Assembly: GCA_041737325.1 (NCBI GenBank)
Contig: JBGSRY010000114.1
Span: 1-42,268 of the forward strand
Reading direction: 5' to 3'
Origin: Rhodoferax sp.
GTDB taxonomy: Bacteria; Pseudomonadota; Gammaproteobacteria; Burkholderiales; Burkholderiaceae_C
Length of the DNA stretch: 42,268 nucleotides
Shown here: piece after piece, positions 28,295 through 36,844 of the stretch
Layout: each line of letters starts with the position of its first letter
Numbering within the stretch: position 1 is the stretch's first letter
Position numbers and translations under genes: made by a program
Notes under the pieces: generated by a model
Told to the model about the DNA's origin: nothing
What the model saw: only the letters and a program-made list of their open reading frames with translations
Database searches by the model: none

Positions 28295-29191
28295 TCAGTT
28301 TCCTTTCGGCCAAACGCGCTCGGCCAGGTAAGTTGGCAATGTGTCCAAACCCTCCGCCCGAAGCAGGTTGGTGAAGTTTTCACTGCCCAGGAGCTGCCCC
28401 AATGCGCCGATCACAAAAAGAAGGCGTTGCTGGGCAGCCCCCGCCTTTTTGACCATCAGTTTTTGTCTATCAACTTCCTTTTGATAAGTTCTGACCAGGC
28501 TCGACGCGGTGATATCCACGGCCACACGGGGCGTACCGCGCCCCAAGGTTCGACCAAAGGTCTGTCTTTTCTCGATCACGCGGCGGGCTTGAATCAGTTG
28601 CTTTCCGCGCAGTTGACCAGATTCATAGGCTTCCTGTAGCGCGGCCTGCACCGCCTCATTGCTGTTTCCGGCCCCAACAATTGCCAATGCAGCATTCAGC
28701 GGTATGCGACCACTTTCCACCGCCACCATCAGGCGTTCCTCCCCATTTTTGAGAAGAAGCATGATTCCCTGAACGTATTCGACGCTCAGGCCGGTTTTCT
28801 TGGCGATGGTCTTCTTGTCATAACCCTTGGCCACGAGTTGCTGAATGCCCGCCAGTAGTTCGAGGGGGCTAGATTTGCGGCGGGCGATGTTTTCCACCAT
28901 GCTCATGATGAAGGCATCTTCTTCGCTGACGTCAACGACGAGGGCCGCAATGGTGGTTTCGCCCAAGGCCATGAAGGCTTTGAGCCTGCCCTCGCCACAA
29001 ACGAGCAGGTATTTTTCTTCGCCATCGTCACCGGGGCGTGGGGTCACAGTAATCGGCTTTTTGAGACCGACGGATTTTATGTTCTCAACAATCTGCTCGA
29101 AAACCTGCTTATTGCGATCACGCGGATTGAGTACCTCAATCCGGTCGATAGGGATCATGCGCAAGTCGCCCAATGCTTGCTTTTGAGTCAT
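28295..29191 (-). CDS. ParB/RepB/Spo0J family protein with RepB-like C-terminal domain
   Basis: NPRxR, GLKKPITV, LVCGEGRL and ENIARR motifs, then an HTH. Confidence 0.88.
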   Translation of the reverse strand: MTQKQALGDLRMIPIDRIEVLNPRDRNKQVFEQIVENIKSVGLKKPITVTPRPGDDGEEKYLLVCGEGRLKAFMALGETTIAALVVDVSEEDAFIMSMVENIARRKSSPLELLAGIQQLVAKGYDKKTIAKKTGLSVEYVQGIMLLLKNGEERLMVAVESGRIPLNAALAIVGAGNSNEAVQAALQEAYESGQLRGKQLIQARRVIEKRQTFGRTLGRGTPRVAVDITASSLVRTYQKEVDRQKLMVKKAGAAQQRLLFVIGALGQLLGSENFTNLLRAEGLDTLPTYLAERVWPKGN

Positions 29192-30753
29192 GCCGCCCTC
29201 CGGATGCGCGTGCGCTGGGCCATTCCGTAGAAGTAGTCCAGGGTGTCAAAGCGGTAGCTCTCAATTTCGATGGCGTTGTGATCGGCCAAACTAATGCGCG
29301 GAAGTCCAAAATCCAAGCGCGGCAGAAGGTAGTAATTCAGTGGCGCATCGTTGGACCGGTTGAGCCGCACGGCCACCGTGATGTCGGGTGCCAAGCCGGT
29401 GTCAAACCGAACCTTCCACCGGTTGCGCCCGTTGTCATGGGTTTGGCAACGTGCCAGCACCAGCGACACCGTGAACTCCTTATTGACCAGCAGAAGATCT
29501 GTGGCGGGATCGCGCTGAATTGTGCCACCCAAGTCACCAATGGCTTTTTCTGTTTGTGCCACGATTTGAGGGTGTAGCCGTCGCAGAAACTGGTTGGCCT
29601 CCAGATAGCGGTAGTCCCGATCAGGTGTAAATCCAACCGTCTGATAGGCGCGGATCAGGCTGCCGAATCTGTGGATGTAGGCCGAGGTCGAAGGCATGCC
29701 CTCGGTCTCATCAATGATCAGCCCGGACAAAAATCCACGGTCTTGGTACAACGACCGCAGGCGCTCAATAAGTTCGACATTGGAAAACCGATACGCCCTG
29801 GCACGCACGATGCCCTGGGCGGTGTAAAACAGTTCAGGTGTGACGACCGACTCAAACGCACCTTCTTTTTTGATCCACATGTCGGGCGTGTTTTCTACCC
29901 GGAGCTTTTTCAGTTTGAATGACCGGCGGTTGTAGACGTTGTTGCCGATGTATTTTTCGTTGGTCAGCACCTCGCGCACGGTGGCACGTGTCCAGTCACG
30001 GGCAAGGTCGGTGCTGACCCCTTTTTCGTTGAGACGAAACGCAATTTCTGACTCGGTCAGTCCGTCATCAATGAACCAGCGATAGATCTGGAGCACAATT
30101 TCCACCTCGGCTTCGGGCCCTGGCATTAGGATGACACGGTCGGTTTGCAGGCTTTTGTGCTCACCGCGCGCCAGCTCCGTCTTCACGGATCCGGTCTGGT
30201 CCAGAAGCACGCGACGCAATCCGTACCCGGCTGGACCGCCCTGGCGATAACCCAACTCAATCAGCCGACACTGACCGGCAAACACCTTGGCCGAGAGCTC
30301 CCGACTGTATTCACCGGCCATCGCGCGCTTGACCCCTTTGACGATAGTGGCAACAGGCGAACCGTCGTTTTCGAACTGCTCGGCGACATACGCGACGTGA
30401 ATGTTTTTGCGCTTGCAGATGTATTCGTAATAGGCTGACTCATCAGCATCTTGGAAGCGCCCGCAGCGGCTGACGTCATAGACCAATATGAGCGAGAAGT
30501 CTGCGGATCCTGACTCGACATCCTTGATCAGTTGCTGCAAGGCCTGTCGTCCATCGATGCGCAGCCCGCTTTTGCCCGCGTCGGCGTAGGTGCGCACAAT
30601 GTCGATATTCCGATGTGCGGCGTATTCCCGGATTTTGTCAGCCTGGTTTTCTGTCGAGTATTGCTGGTGCTCCGTAGACATACGAACGTATTCCACTGCA
30701 CGGAACCGTTTCGGCTGATCCGCCCCATCTTCTGCTACCGCGTTTGCTTGCAT
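29188..30753 (-). CDS. Large serine recombinase
   Basis: YVRMST catalytic motif, DxGKSG, DVSRxGR, GxRQGGxAGYGL, and recombinase domain ending in LxNEKYIG. Confidence 0.93.
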   Translation of the reverse strand: MQANAVAEDGADQPKRFRAVEYVRMSTEHQQYSTENQADKIREYAAHRNIDIVRTYADAGKSGLRIDGRQALQQLIKDVESGSADFSLILVYDVSRCGRFQDADESAYYEYICKRKNIHVAYVAEQFENDGSPVATIVKGVKRAMAGEYSRELSAKVFAGQCRLIELGYRQGGPAGYGLRRVLLDQTGSVKTELARGEHKSLQTDRVILMPGPEAEVEIVLQIYRWFIDDGLTESEIAFRLNEKGVSTDLARDWTRATVREVLTNEKYIGNNVYNRRSFKLKKLRVENTPDMWIKKEGAFESVVTPELFYTAQGIVRARAYRFSNVELIERLRSLYQDRGFLSGLIIDETEGMPSTSAYIHRFGSLIRAYQTVGFTPDRDYRYLEANQFLRRLHPQIVAQTEKAIGDLGGTIQRDPATDLLLVNKEFTVSLVLARCQTHDNGRNRWKVRFDTGLAPDITVAVRLNRSNDAPLNYYLLPRLDFGLPRISLADHNAIEIESYRFDTLDYFYGMAQRTRIRRAA

Positions 30754-30908
30754 AAAACCCGATCACTCATGTTGGAAGGACATGTGCTCTCGGGGCCACC
30801 GTCAGATAGGGGCTCGTCTTGACCATCGACGGTCAAGAGCTAAGTTCATATCGGATGATCGAGAGCTCATTTGGGCGTGACGTTACCGCCAGTGTTGCCA
30901 AAATGCCA

Positions 30909-31367
30909 TCACATCCTGTCTTGACAGTCGTCCGCTTGACATGGGCATTTACAGCACACCGGGGTGATTTCTACGACCCAAACGCCACCCTTGACTGGGC
31001 TGTTCTCTGTACAGACTGGCCTGATTCGGTAGAGGCCAGCAGGGATATTCTGGAGCCAGGCCAAGTCGTCCATCTTGACGGGCGATGGCGCAATCAGGGC
31101 AGTTTGTCGTGGGTTTTGGACGGCTTTTCCGCCAGGGCCGGAATTTGATTTGCGATACTTGCGCCAGTAGTCTGAATTGCGTTCAGTCCATGCACGCTGA
31201 ACCCGGTTTTTGTTGTCACGGTATTCAGGGTCGCTTTGTTGCTTCTTTCGATCCCAAAGTTGTCGTCGCTCCCGCTGACAGTCTCGGGATGAGCAGTAGG
31301 TTTGATTTGGGACTTTGTGATGCGGCTGAAAGCTTTGGCCGCAGCACGGACAGATTTTGATTGCCAT
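30909..31367 (-). CDS. Hypothetical protein with N-terminal Zn-finger (CxxC...CxxxxC)
   Basis: CPCCG..F.P....QTYCSSRDCQ followed by a basic helix. GGAGA RBS. Confidence 0.6.
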   Translation of the reverse strand: MAIKICPCCGQSFQPHHKVPNQTYCSSRDCQRERRQLWDRKKQQSDPEYRDNKNRVQRAWTERNSDYWRKYRKSNSGPGGKAVQNPRQTALIAPSPVKMDDLAWLQNIPAGLYRIRPVCTENSPVKGGVWVVEITPVCCKCPCQADDCQDRM

Positions 31368-31469
31368 GAAAATTCTCCATACGAAACGCGTATGGGAACT
31401 GGACGGCGATGGCGGTCACTGCGGTTTGTTCAGAGTGACCAAAATGATTCATGAATCCAAGGGTGAGCA

Positions 31470-31790
31470 ATGAGCCGCAGTCTTCGCAAGACACCGATTT
31501 TTGGTCACACAACCGCACGCTCGGAAGCAGACGACAAGCAGTTGTGGCACAAACGCTGGCGCGCGAGTGAACGCGATCAACTCGCCACGGTTGGGGCTGA
31601 CACTGATCATGTGACGGTCCATCGAAATGCCATATCAAGCACCTGGAATATGGCCAAGGACGGCAAGGTGTGGTTTGACCCGAGTCGTCAACGTGAGATT
31701 TCCGAGCGCATCGCCACCCGGCGCGCAAGACTGCTGCCCGAGCGGAGGGCTCTTCAGGCGCGGTTGCTGGCCAAGTGGCGTTCGAAGTAG
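31470..31790 (+). CDS. Small, highly basic hypothetical protein
   Basis: MSRSxRKTPIFGxTTAxSE...WHxRxR...WxMxKDGK. Reads as a coherent protein with a GGTGAG RBS. Confidence 0.65.
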   Translation: MSRSLRKTPIFGHTTARSEADDKQLWHKRWRASERDQLATVGADTDHVTVHRNAISSTWNMAKDGKVWFDPSRQREISERIATRRARLLPERRALQARLLAKWRSK

Positions 31791-31822
31791 GGTGATGCCA
31801 CGAAGCCGACTGCAATTCGGAT

Positions 31823-31850
31823 TTGCAAAACGTACCAAGTTTGATACACT
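31823..31850 (+). promoter_or_regulatory. TA operon promoter with palindromic operator; near-leaderless transcript
   Basis: TTGCAA-16 bp-TACACT ending 5 nt before the ATG at 31856. Inverted repeat GTACCAA-gt-TTGATAC at 31832-31847. Confidence 0.6.
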
Positions 31851-31855
31851 AGACC

Positions 31856-32212
31856 ATGGAGAAAAAAGCACCACCAACTTTAGGCGCACGGTTTTTCAAG
31901 TCGGATGCCGGTGGCGAACCGGTTCGTGATTGGCTGAAGGATCTGCCCGTCGTTGAGCGTAAGACTATTGGCGAAGACATCAAGACTGTTCAATTCGGTT
32001 GGCCCTTGGGCATGCCGTTGGTGGCGCATCTCGAAAGTGGCATCTGGGAAGTCCGCACGAGGTTAAGCAATCGAATTGCCCGGGTGCTGTTTGTTCTGGA
32101 TGGGGACGTGATGGTTTTATTGCATGGTTTCATCAAGAAGGAGCAGAAGACTCCCAAACCGGAATTGGATTTGGCGAAAGAACGGCTCAAACTGTTGAAG
32201 AGGAAAAAATGA
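31856..32212 (+). CDS. RelE/HigB (Gp49-like) toxin
   Basis: EPVRxWL, WPxGMP, GxWEVR and LLHGFIKKxQKTP motifs. Confidence 0.9.
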   Translation: MEKKAPPTLGARFFKSDAGGEPVRDWLKDLPVVERKTIGEDIKTVQFGWPLGMPLVAHLESGIWEVRTRLSNRIARVLFVLDGDVMVLLHGFIKKEQKTPKPELDLAKERLKLLKRKK

Positions 32213-32496
32213 AAAATCAAAACATCGGTAGTGATTTCGATGACTTCCTTGCGGATGAAGGCATGTTGGAGGAGGTGACTGCTGTGGCGGTTAAGAGGGT
32301 GATTGCCTGGCAGATTGAACAAGAGATGTCGGCTCAAAAGATCACAAAGACCGCTATGGCGAAGAAGATGCGAACCAGTCGTGCCTCGCTCAACCGTTTG
32401 CTAGACGAAAACGATACCAGCCTTACTTTGACGACCTTGGCGGGTGCTGCAGCGGCTCTTGGTCAGCGCATCAAACTTGAGTTAACGCCAGTCTGA
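32209..32496 (+). CDS. XRE-HTH antitoxin
   Basis: IGSxFDDFL start, MAxxMxTSRxxLxRLLD HTH, ATGA overlap with the toxin. Confidence 0.88.
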   Translation: MKNQNIGSDFDDFLADEGMLEEVTAVAVKRVIAWQIEQEMSAQKITKTAMAKKMRTSRASLNRLLDENDTSLTLTTLAGAAAALGQRIKLELTPV

Positions 32497-32521
32497 TGGT
32501 TGTCACAATGTGAAACGGAAA

Positions 32522-32606
32522 ATCTCCAAAAGCGGGGACAAGTAACGTAAACTTGCCTCACGGTTTTGGAGATCGGATTTGAACTGGCGTCCGCACTCCA
32601 CCACCA
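32522..32606. other. Putative attachment site (island end) with tmRNA/tRNA-Ala 3'-end remnant
   Basis: CTCCACCA at 32596-32603 just before a terminator, preceded by an imperfect ~52 bp palindrome (32522-32573) and a degenerate inverted T-arm-like sequence. Confidence 0.55.
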
Positions 32607-32615
32607 CCAATATCC

Positions 32616-32649
32616 AAAATCCCAACCCTCATCGGTTGGGATTTTTTTT
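32616..32649 (+). terminator. Rho-independent terminator
   Basis: AAAATCCCAACC-ctcatc-GGTTGGGATTTT followed by a T-run. Confidence 0.85.
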
Positions 32650-32834
32650 GCCCGCTTTCCCAGTGTTGGTGCGGTTCCAGGCCATTGCCTCGCGAGCGCT
32701 TTCGACCCCACATCCAGCATCCATGCTGGGTTAGCGCGTTGCGGGTTGTAAATGGCAACTGCTGTACCGGCGGCGACCAATGCATAGAATTTCGAGAAGT
32801 GCATTGGGCTGGGACAGTGTTCCAGCATCGATGT

Positions 32835-32890
32835 TTGACAAGTTCAAAATCTGCATTATTAACCGTTTGGTTAATTAACCATATGGATAA
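32835..32890 (+). promoter_or_regulatory. Promoter and tandem ArsR-type operators
   Basis: TTGACA at 32835. TTAACC-gttt-GGTTAA (32859-32874) is followed by TTAACC-atat-GGATAA (32875-32890). Confidence 0.7.
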
Positions 32891-32892
32891 CA

Positions 32893-33390
32893 ATGAACAG
32901 GCATTTCGATACGTTGAGCGTAACTTTCGCCGCTTTGGCCGATCCCACGCGGCGGGCGATGTTGTTGCGTTTATCCCAGGGCGAGATCAGCGTGTCCGCC
33001 CTGGCCGAGCCCTTTCAAATGAGTTTGCCCGCCGCCACCAAACACCTGCGCGTACTGGAGCGCGCGGGCTTGGTGCAAAAGAGCCGCGACGCGCAGCGCC
33101 GCCCCTGCCGCATCAACGCTGAGCCACTCAAACAAGCCACCGACTGGATGGCGCAATACCGTCAGTTTTGGGAAGGCAGCTTAGACAGGCTGGATGCCTA
33201 TTTGCAGCAACTGCAAGCGGTGGAAAAGGCACAGGACAGTGCCGCGCAGGCTCTGCCGGCAAAACCCTCGGTGAATGTGACCCCTGCGACCGACTTCACG
33301 GACAGCCTCTCTTTCAAGAGTACGGCGAAAAAAGCGCGCACTCAAAAACACACCACTTCTGAGTCAACACCGGAAGGGAAAGCCCCATGA
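32893..33390 (+). CDS. ArsR/SmtB family transcriptional regulator
   Basis: FxALADPTRR, KHLxVLExAGLV and W...LDxL motifs, with a low-complexity C-terminal tail. Confidence 0.9.
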   Translation: MNRHFDTLSVTFAALADPTRRAMLLRLSQGEISVSALAEPFQMSLPAATKHLRVLERAGLVQKSRDAQRRPCRINAEPLKQATDWMAQYRQFWEGSLDRLDAYLQQLQAVEKAQDSAAQALPAKPSVNVTPATDFTDSLSFKSTAKKARTQKHTTSESTPEGKAP

Positions 33391-33535
33391 GCAATACCGC
33401 GCGCGCTCCCTTCGTCACTCCCCGCGAATTTCGCGCGCAGCGCGCTTTGCTTTGAGTGGCGCAGACGCAAGCCCAACACTTGCAGCACTGGCTCAGCCCC
33501 GAGGGTTTTCACACCATTCATGCGGACATGGACAG
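33387..33535 (+). pseudogene. SRPBCC (AHSA1-like) gene remnant
   Basis: ATGA-coupled start, REFxAxRxLL*xAxTxxxHLxxWxxPEGF. In-frame TGA at 33453 where Trp is expected; similarity ends after about 50 codons. Confidence 0.7.
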
Positions 33536-33546
33536 GAGCACAACAC

Positions 33547-34485
33547 ATGAGCGACATCGTCACTTACCCCTCGCCCACTGAAATGCATTTTTCGCGCTTC
33601 ATTGCCGCCCCCCTGACCCTGGTGTGGCGCGCCCACACCGAGCAAGGCCAGTTGGAACGGTGGTGGGGACCTGAGGGCTTTTCAATCACCACGCATGAAA
33701 TGGACGTAAGCCCTGGCGGGCGCTGGAAATTCGTCATGCACGGGCCGGGCGTGAGCACCGACCCCAACACGCCATTTGGGGGCCCTCCCACCGACTACCC
33801 TAACCTCATTCAGTACGCGGAGGTGGTGCACGAGCAAAGGCTGGTGTGGTCGCACGGCAATTTTGACGAGGTGATGTTCCACGTCACCACCACCTTCAAA
33901 GCCGAAGGTGACGGCACTCGCCTGGAGACCACCATGCGCCTGCCCAGCCAGGCTGCGCGAGATGCCAAGGCCACCTACGCTGTGCCGGGTCACGAGTCCA
34001 CGATGGGCAAGCTCGAAGCCTATTTGCGCCAACCGCACCACGAGTTGTCTTTCACGCGGGTGCTGCAAGCGCCCGTGGCCAAAGTTTGGTCGGCCTGGAC
34101 GGTGCGCGAGCAACTCATGCCCTGGTTTTGCCCCAAACCCTGGCAAGTCACCGCATGCGAGATCGATCTGCGCCCCGGCGGTGCTTTTCGCACCCTGATG
34201 CGGGGCCCCAACGGCGAAAGCCATGACCTCATGAGCTGCTACTTGGTGGTGGAGCCCGAGCGCCGCTTAGTTTGGACCAACGCCTTGCAGCCCGGGTACG
34301 CCCCTGCCACCAAACCCTGGTGTACATGCGCGGTGGAGTTGCAAGCGGTTAGCGAGAATGAAACGCGCTTGACTGCACGTGTGATGCACGCCGACAGCGC
34401 TACTTGCGAAGATCACGCCAAGATGGGTTTCCCCCACGGTTGGCACGTGGCGTTAGATCAGATGGTGGCGTTGCTGGTGCAGTAA
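33547..34485 (+). CDS. Tandem two-domain SRPBCC (AHSA1-like) protein
   Basis: Two copies of RxxxAPxxxVWxAxT...WxxP...DxxPGG. AGGAG RBS before the ATG at 33547. Confidence 0.88.
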   Translation: MSDIVTYPSPTEMHFSRFIAAPLTLVWRAHTEQGQLERWWGPEGFSITTHEMDVSPGGRWKFVMHGPGVSTDPNTPFGGPPTDYPNLIQYAEVVHEQRLVWSHGNFDEVMFHVTTTFKAEGDGTRLETTMRLPSQAARDAKATYAVPGHESTMGKLEAYLRQPHHELSFTRVLQAPVAKVWSAWTVREQLMPWFCPKPWQVTACEIDLRPGGAFRTLMRGPNGESHDLMSCYLVVEPERRLVWTNALQPGYAPATKPWCTCAVELQAVSENETRLTARVMHADSATCEDHAKMGFPHGWHVALDQMVALLVQ

Positions 34486-34734
34486 CGCGTGCGGACACGC
34501 GGGCCGCGCAAGCCCCCGAATCTGGTCGCACCAGCCGTTGGGTGTTACCCATTGCCAGGAAGCGTGGCTGACCGGCTGCATCGAGTCGAGCTGACCGCGT
34601 GTGTCCTGGAAAAGGGAGGGAGGAAACATGTCGGGCGGGCAGGAGCGTGCCGCCCGTGGTCAGCGACTGTCCGTTGCGACAGCGCCTGGTTCAAGGTTTC
34701 AATGCGACCTGCTGCGGTCTATAGGCATCTGTCT

Positions 34735-34790
34735 TTGCCTTTGAATAAATATAGATATATACTATTTGTAATAAATAGATATAATCTATA
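34735..34790 (+). promoter_or_regulatory. hipBA promoter/operator
   Basis: TTGCCT-17 bp-TATACT in an AT-rich patch containing ATAGATATA twice and the palindrome ATAGAT-ata-ATCTAT. Confidence 0.6.
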
Positions 34791-34793
34791 TGT

Positions 34794-35162
34794 ATGCCAA
34801 AGACCGCACGCGCACTGCAACAACTGCCGCCCGCCACCTTGGCCGCCATCGAGAAGCTGGGCGCCGACCTGGCGGTTGCGCGCTTGCGGCGAAAAGAATC
34901 CCTCAAAACCTGGGCGCAACGCATGGGGGTGTCCGTGCCCACGCTGCAGCGGCTGGAGGCGGGGGACCCCGGCGTGGGTATCGGCATTGTGGCCACCGCG
35001 TTGTGGTTGATTCAGCGCGATGGCGAACTGGGCACGTTGGCAGCCCCCGAACACGACAGGGGCGCCATTGAGATGGATGTGCGCGAAGCGGTCGCTTTGG
35101 GGCGAGCTCGCGCGCAAGCGGCTGCCGCTGCCCGGTTGAATACGGCACCCAGAAAGGCTTGA
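34794..35162 (+). CDS. HipB-like XRE HTH antitoxin
   Basis: ARLRR...AxRxGVSxxTLxRLExGDP HTH, directly upstream of hipA. Confidence 0.85.
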   Translation: MPKTARALQQLPPATLAAIEKLGADLAVARLRRKESLKTWAQRMGVSVPTLQRLEAGDPGVGIGIVATALWLIQRDGELGTLAAPEHDRGAIEMDVREAVALGRARAQAAAAARLNTAPRKA

Positions 35163-35163
35163 G

Positions 35164-36495
35164 ATGCGCCTGGATGTCTTGTACCTCTGGTATCTCGGCA
35201 ACCCAGCCGAACCCAGACCGGTTGGCATACTGCGGCTGGTGTCGGGAGGCAAGGGCGTTTCGCTGCAATACGGCAAGGAATGGCTGGCCTCCGGCTTTGC
35301 GATCAGCGAAGACCTGCCGCTGGCAGACACCGAGTTTCTTCCACCCGGTCGCTTGTTTGCCGATGCGCCACGCGCAGTGGGGGCGGTGGACGATGCGCGA
35401 CCCGACCGCTGGGGCGAAAAAGTGATCCGGTTTGTCGACAAACCCCAGCGCCTGTCGCTGATGGAGTACCTGTTTTACGCGGGAGATGACCGCTTTGGTG
35501 CGCTGGGCGTGTCCACTTCGGCGCAGCGCTACGAACCGCGTCCCGGCGGGCCACTGCCCAGGCTGCAGGATGCCCAGCACCTGAGCGAGGTGGTGGCCAA
35601 GATCGAGGCAACCGAACCGCTGACGGCGCTGGAGGCCCGCATGATTGCGGGCGGTGGCAGCCCGCTGGGCGGTGCCATGCCCAAGGCGCTCATCGACATC
35701 GATGGTGATGCCTGGGTCATCAAGTTTTTCAACAACGAGCCGGTGGATACGCCGCTGATTGAGCATGCCACCATGACCCTGGCTGCGCGCGCGGGCATCA
35801 CCGTGGCGCAGACCCAGCTCATCCCGCTGGTCGGGTTCAATGCGGTGGCGATTCGCCGCTTTGACCGCGAGCGAGGCCACCGTATCCACAGCATCTCGGC
35901 GGGCACGGCCATCCGTGCAGCCACCGCCAGTGGAGAGGAGCCGCAGATGGGTTACCCGGAACTCGCCCGCATCTTGCGGCGGGTCGGGGTGGCGCAAGAC
36001 GGCGTGAATCAGCGCGATGCACGCGAGCTGTTTCGCCGCATGGTCTTCAACATCCTGATGGACAACACCGACGACCACGAGAAGAACCACGCCTTGCTGG
36101 TGGTCAACCCTTACGACAATGGGAGGCTCAAGTTGGCACCAGCCTACGATGTGTTGCCCACCCACTCTGGACAGGGGTACCAGGAATTCATCTGTGGCAC
36201 AGACGGTCGGGACTCCACGCTCAACAACGCCATGTCAGAGTGCGGAGCGTTCGGTCTGCAACCCGAGGAGGCTGCTCAGGAGGTGGCCACCGTCATTGGG
36301 GTGGTCAATACCTGGCGGACTCACTTTGTCCAGATCGGCGTGACGGCAGGCGACATCGAGCACTTGGCAGCCTTCATCGATGGCGATGTCCTGCTGGAGC
36401 AGCGCAGAGGCTTTGACCCGGGGCGGTACGCAAGGTCGGGGGGCAAAGTTGCGAGAAGCGCAAGACGCGGTCCTTTCTCGGATGAATCCCGCTGA
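35164..36495 (+). CDS. hipA: HipA family serine/threonine kinase toxin
   Basis: PDRWG, DRFGAL, SxLGGAxPKA, RFDR, NxDDHxKN and LAPAYD motifs, all intact. Confidence 0.92.
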   Translation: MRLDVLYLWYLGNPAEPRPVGILRLVSGGKGVSLQYGKEWLASGFAISEDLPLADTEFLPPGRLFADAPRAVGAVDDARPDRWGEKVIRFVDKPQRLSLMEYLFYAGDDRFGALGVSTSAQRYEPRPGGPLPRLQDAQHLSEVVAKIEATEPLTALEARMIAGGGSPLGGAMPKALIDIDGDAWVIKFFNNEPVDTPLIEHATMTLAARAGITVAQTQLIPLVGFNAVAIRRFDRERGHRIHSISAGTAIRAATASGEEPQMGYPELARILRRVGVAQDGVNQRDARELFRRMVFNILMDNTDDHEKNHALLVVNPYDNGRLKLAPAYDVLPTHSGQGYQEFICGTDGRDSTLNNAMSECGAFGLQPEEAAQEVATVIGVVNTWRTHFVQIGVTAGDIEHLAAFIDGDVLLEQRRGFDPGRYARSGGKVARSARRGPFSDESR

Positions 36496-36678
36496 CACCT
36501 CCCAGGTGCTGTAGCTTGATTGTTCGCTCGGGTGGTCTTGCTGCTCGACCTTTTTGGGCGCCGCAAAACTTGCGACCGTCGCAAAGCGACAACACGTTCA
36601 AGCGTGCTTGCATCGTGCTCTAATCCTTACTGGGCTTTTTCACATGAACGTGAACAAGACGCAGAAGTGGGCGCGAAT

Positions 36679-36702
36679 CCGGGGAACAAACCGGGGAACA
36701 AA
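36679..36702. repeat. Perfect tandem 12-bp direct repeat CCGGGGAACAAA x2
   Basis: Seen directly at 36679-36690 and 36691-36702. Confidence 0.8.
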
Positions 36703-36780
36703 ACCGCTCATTTTTGACGTGAATTCAAGCGTTTCTGCGGGCTCGGAGGCAACTTTCAATAGACCCCAGCCCATTTCAAG

Positions 36781-36812
36781 AAGGCCCGGAAAATCTCCGG
36801 GCCTTTTCTTTT
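36781..36812. terminator. Likely bidirectional terminator between convergent hipA and glnS units
   Basis: AAGGCCCGGA-aaatc-TCCGGGCCTT followed by TTCTTTT. Confidence 0.8.
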
Positions 36813-36844
36813 GCCGGGCGAAATGGATGGGCTGAATTGGAATT

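Noticed and set aside
32560-32610. Complete tmRNA or tRNA gene
   Set aside because: Only a short 3'-end-like remnant is present. I could not find a 5' acceptor strand, D-arm, anticodon arm or tag reading frame.
850-33546. Upstream-extended starts in the ORF track (850, 6795, 12063, 26466, 28383, 31999, 33520)
   Set aside because: Downstream ATGs with an RBS or stop-start overlap (901, 6846, 12165, 26409, 28293, 32209, 33547) fit the protein families better.
34489-34730. ORF 34489-35010 or an ncRNA between the SRPBCC gene and hipB
   Set aside because: The ORF runs through the AT-rich hip promoter and has no motif, and I saw no convincing RNA structure.
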